A stretch of 62,266 nucleotides of DNA, the filler included. It is 5 parts of 5 records of this genome, joined end to end, with 100 filler letters (N's around TTAATTAATTAA, not from the genome) between each part and the next. Parts side by side here need not be neighbours in the genome. Positions count along the whole stretch, not along the records: positions 53,117 to 62,266 come from DRR723986_9604; 4 more parts are not named here. One strand, given 5' to 3'. Within the stretch, counting starts at the first letter, position 1. Each line of letters starts with the position of its first letter. The notes beneath the pieces are model-generated. The model saw nothing but the letters and a program-made list of their open reading frames with translations. It was not told where the DNA came from and did no database searches. Position numbers and translations under genes: made by a program. Positions 59,030-62,266 of the stretch are shown here, in pieces.

Positions 59030-59956
59030 ATGACGACAATTCTCTCTATCAAGGACCTGCGCAAATCCTACGAGGGTGGGTTTGAGGCGCTAAAAGGTCT
59101 TACGTTGGACATTGAGCAAGGTGAAATTCTTGCGTTGCTCGGCCCGAATGGGGCCGGCAAAACAACGTTGATTTCGACCATCTGTGGGATCACCTCAGCG
59201 ACCGCGGGCAGTGTCACGGTTGGCGGTCACGACATACAGCAGGATTTTCGCGCAGCCCGCCGGATGATCGGTTTGGTGCCGCAGGAAATCGCGCTGGAAC
59301 CTTTTGAAACGGTGCAAAACACTGTTCGGTTTTCCCGGGGGTTGTTTGGCAAGCCCAAGGATGACGCGCGGATCGAAGAAATCCTGCGCAAGTTATCCTT
59401 GTGGGACAAGCGGAAGAGCGCGGTTAAGGAGTTGTCCGGGGGTATGAAGCGCCGGGTTCTGATCGCCAAGGCGCTGGCCCACGAACCCCGCGTCTTGTTT
59501 CTGGATGAACCCACCGCTGGCGTTGATGTCGAGCTGCGTAAAGACATGTGGGAGATCGTGGCAGAGTTAAAGCAACAGGGCGTCACCATCATTCTGACCA
59601 CTCATTATATCGAAGAGGCCGAGGCCATTGCCGACCGTATTGGGGTAATCAACAATGGTGAGCTGCTCTTGGTTGAGCAGAAAGCCACCTTGATGGCGCA
59701 GATGGGAAAAAAGCAGATCGAAGTGCAGCTGGCTGAACCTTTGACCTCTATCCCAGCGGCCTTGGCCCAGCATGATCTGGTGCTGACCGAAGATGGCGGT
59801 ATCGTTTATACATATGACACACATGGTGAGCGTACCGGGATCACGACGTTGCTGAACGATGTGGCGCAAGCCGGGCTAACCCTGCGTGATGTTCAAACAC
59901 GCCAAAGCAGTCTCGAAGAAATTTTCGTCACCCTCGTGTCTGGAGGAAAGTCATGA
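59030..59956 (+). CDS. ABC-2 type ATPase (YadG-like)
   Basis: [26 protein letters not shown]. Confidence 0.95.
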   Translation: MTTILSIKDLRKSYEGGFEALKGLTLDIEQGEILALLGPNGAGKTTLISTICGITSATAGSVTVGGHDIQQDFRAARRMIGLVPQEIALEPFETVQNTVRFSRGLFGKPKDDARIEEILRKLSLWDKRKSAVKELSGGMKRRVLIAKALAHEPRVLFLDEPTAGVDVELRKDMWEIVAELKQQGVTIILTTHYIEEAEAIADRIGVINNGELLLVEQKATLMAQMGKKQIEVQLAEPLTSIPAALAQHDLVLTEDGGIVYTYDTHGERTGITTLLNDVAQAGLTLRDVQTRQSSLEEIFVTLVSGGKS

Positions 59957-60714
59957 ATTGGACCGCAATTGCCGCCATCTACCGGTTTGAGATGGCGCGG
60001 TTTTTCCGAACACTTGCGCAGAGCTTTTTCTCACCCGTTTTGTCGACGTCGTTGTATTTCGTGGTGTTTGGAACCGCGATTGGCAGCCGTATACAAGAGG
60101 TCGAGGGCGTTTCTTATGGGGCGTTCATCGTGCCGGGTTTGATCATGTTGTCGGTGGTGATGCTGGCAATTTCCAACGCGTCGTTCGGGATCTATTTTCC
60201 CAAGTTCCTCGGCACAATTTACGAACTGCTCTCTGCCCCGGTCAATTTCATCGAGATTGTCATCGGGTATGTGGGTGCGGCCGCGACGAAGGCGTTGTTC
60301 GTAGGCTTGGTGATTTTGATAACATCCATGTTCTTTGTCGATATCCGGATTGAGCACCCGGTCGCGATGGCCTCCTTTTTGGTTCTGACCTGTCTGAGTT
60401 TTGCCTTGCTGGGATTCATCATCGGGATCTGGGCCAGCAACTTTGAACAGATGTCACTGATCCCTCAACTTGTTGTGACCCCGCTGATTTTCTTGGGTGG
60501 GACATTCTACTCGATTTCGATGCTGCCCCCGGTGTGGCAGACGATCACTTTGTTTAACCCGGTCGTCTATCTGATTTCAGGGTTCCGCTGGTCCTTTTTC
60601 GGGACGGCAGATGTGCCTATTGGCCTGAGTTTGCTGGCGATTGCGGGATTTACTGCGATTTGCCTCGGGGTGATCTGGTGGATCTTCAAAACGGGCTGGC
60701 GGATTCGCAGCTGA
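59953..60714 (+). CDS. ABC-2 type permease (YadH-like)
   Basis: [30 protein letters not shown]. Confidence 0.93.
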   Translation: MNWTAIAAIYRFEMARFFRTLAQSFFSPVLSTSLYFVVFGTAIGSRIQEVEGVSYGAFIVPGLIMLSVVMLAISNASFGIYFPKFLGTIYELLSAPVNFIEIVIGYVGAAATKALFVGLVILITSMFFVDIRIEHPVAMASFLVLTCLSFALLGFIIGIWASNFEQMSLIPQLVVTPLIFLGGTFYSISMLPPVWQTITLFNPVVYLISGFRWSFFGTADVPIGLSLLAIAGFTAICLGVIWWIFKTGWRIRS

Positions 60715-60831
60715 GCGGCCCGGTTTAAGGCGTTGCATTTTTGCCCAGCCCCCACGTGAATCTGGCGGTCGTCACGTTTCTGTCGGGGGCTGCGTCTTGT
60801 TTGTCTTAGGGGGGCATTCTACATCGGCTGG

Positions 60832-61629
60832 ATGAAACTTAGCCTCCCGTTTTTCAACAAGCCGCCTTTGGTGGCCGTCGTGCGCCTGTCGGGTGCTATC
60901 GGAATGTCTGGCCGGTCGTCGCTGAACGATGCGTCTTTGGCCCCGGTTTTTGAGAAAGCGTTCCGCAAAGGGAAACCTGCGGCCGTGGCGCTTGAGATAA
61001 ACTCGCCGGGGGGATCCCCGGTACAAAGTTCGCTGATCGGCGCGCGCATTCGACGCTTGTCTGATGAGCTGGACGTGCCGGTTATCGCATTTGTCGAGGA
61101 CGTCGCCGCATCGGGTGGATATTGGCTGGCCGCCGCAGCGGATGAAATTTGGGCGGATGACAGCTCGGTCGTGGGGTCTATTGGGGTGATTTCGTCGGGC
61201 TTTGGCGCACATGTGTTTCTGGCACGTCAGGGGTTAGAGCGCCGCGTTCATACGGCGGGGAAATCCAAGTCGATGCTGGACCCGTTTAGCCCTCAGAAAG
61301 AGGACGATGTTGCCCGCCTCAAGGTGTTGCTGGGCGATATCCACGAGAATTTTATCAACCATGTAAAACGCCGACGGGGCGATAAGCTGGACTCAGCTAC
61401 TGAACTGTTTACAGGTGAGATCTGGTTGGCCAAGCGTGCAACAGAATTGGGTTTGATTGATGGGGTCGCCCATTTGAAACCCAAGTTGAAAGAGCGATTT
61501 GGCGATAAGGTTCGGACCCGTCGGTATGGCGTGCGTCGGCCGTTTTGGTCCCGGTTCGGGGCAGAGTTGGCCCAAGACGCGGTTGCCGGTATCGAAGAAC
61601 GCGCAGCATTTTCGCGGTTTGGTCTTTGA
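60832..61629 (+). CDS. S49 (SppA/SohB) family peptidase
   Basis: INSPGGSP, AASGGYW, GSIGV. Confidence 0.93.
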   Translation: MKLSLPFFNKPPLVAVVRLSGAIGMSGRSSLNDASLAPVFEKAFRKGKPAAVALEINSPGGSPVQSSLIGARIRRLSDELDVPVIAFVEDVAASGGYWLAAAADEIWADDSSVVGSIGVISSGFGAHVFLARQGLERRVHTAGKSKSMLDPFSPQKEDDVARLKVLLGDIHENFINHVKRRRGDKLDSATELFTGEIWLAKRATELGLIDGVAHLKPKLKERFGDKVRTRRYGVRRPFWSRFGAELAQDAVAGIEERAAFSRFGL

Positions 61630-61630
61630 T

Positions 61631-61801
61631 ATGATTTTGAAGGTCGTCACCTTGTTTCTTGTCGGTATGGCTGCCCTGGCCATGTTCGGAAAGCTCCGTT
61701 TTCCGGGGCAAAAACGTTTGGCTTCGGCCAAATGCCCGCGATGTGGGCGCTATCGTATCGGCAAAGGCCCCTGTGCCTGTGGACATGGAGGTCAAAAATG
61801 A
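61631..61801 (+). CDS. Small membrane-anchored Cys-rich protein
   Basis: MILKVVTLFLVGMAALAMFG TM segment plus CPRCG...CAC; tightly packed between both neighbours. Confidence 0.7.
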   Translation: MILKVVTLFLVGMAALAMFGKLRFPGQKRLASAKCPRCGRYRIGKGPCACGHGGQK

Positions 61802-62266
61802 TGGCTTGGGTACTTTCTGGTCTAGGTTTGTTGATCTTGCTGTTGGCCGGTGACGCATTGGTGCGCGGAGCTGTAAACCTCAGCTTGCGCCTTGGGGTTC
61901 CGGCGTTGATCGTTAGCCTGACAATCGTGGCTTTTGGAACTTCTGCGCCTGAGCTGTTGATTGCCATCAAAGCGGTGCAGGAAAATGCGCCAGGCATCGC
62001 CTTGGGGAACGTCGTCGGGTCCAATACGGCCAATGTTCTTTTGGTTCTGGGCATTCCAGCGTTGTTGGCCACACTTCACACCAGTGAATGCAACACGCGC
62101 CGCAATTATGTGTTTATGTTGTTGGCGACGCTGCTGTTCATTGGTTTGGCCTTCTGCGGCACGTTCACTCTGCTCAGTGGTGTGATCTTGCTGAGCGCGC
62201 TGAGCTTGGTTCTGATCAATGCATTTCGCCAAGCCCGGGCACATCGCCGGGCCTGCGGAGAGGCTT
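61798..62266 (+). CDS. Calcium/sodium antiporter (YrbG-like), truncated at window end
   Basis: Hand translation: MMAWVLSGLGLLILLLAGDALVRGA...TIVAFGTSAPEL...GNVVGSNTAN (alpha-repeat motifs). Confidence 0.93.
   Translation, partial: MMAWVLSGLGLLILLLAGDALVRGAVNLSLRLGVPALIVSLTIVAFGTSAPELLIAIKAVQENAPGIALGNVVGSNTANVLLVLGIPALLATLHTSECNTRRNYVFMLLATLLFIGLAFCGTFTLLSGVILLSALSLVLINAFRQARAHRRACGEA

Overview
The window is not one locus. It joins five unrelated contigs with artificial 100-nt spacers (N-run + TTAATTAATTAA + N-run) at 5961-6060, 18204-18303, 30329-30428 and 53017-53116. Taxonomic labels below are impressions from gene content and composition, not search results. (1) 1-5960, Marinobacter-like gammaproteobacterium: a degenerate PAS-GGDEF-EAL protein divergent from class I adenylate cyclase, then a LptM/YifL lipoprotein and partial lysA. 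(2) 6061-18203, alphaproteobacterial (Roseibium/Labrenzia-like) podovirus-type morphogenesis module: portal, Bbp19-like protein, scaffold, HK97-type major capsid, tail adaptor, nozzle, ejection proteins. (3) 18304-30328, lower-GC alphaproteobacterium: tRNA-Cys, pcm-tolC-popZ-valS with inserted secreted enzymes. (4) 30429-53016, Roseibium-like: Rieske-fused TPP enzyme and Rieske-fused glutamate-synthase-like protein, hemA, an acyl-CoA operon, and a glycerate kinase/CofD-like/RbsD/LacI/sugar ABC/GH63 cluster. (5) 53117-62266, Roseobacter-group housekeeping genes. The best candidate for an undescribed system is in contig 2. A lower-GC cassette between the scaffold and capsid genes holds two ORFs that end in copies of the scaffold's own ~40-aa C-terminal tail. 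One is a full toxin-like protein; the other is a GH73 muramidase remnant. They are interspersed with signal-peptide/lipoprotein genes that look like immunity genes. This suggests polymorphic effectors loaded into a phage-derived capsid by a scaffold-mimic C-terminal tag. The tag homology is seen directly in the sequence; the function is inference.
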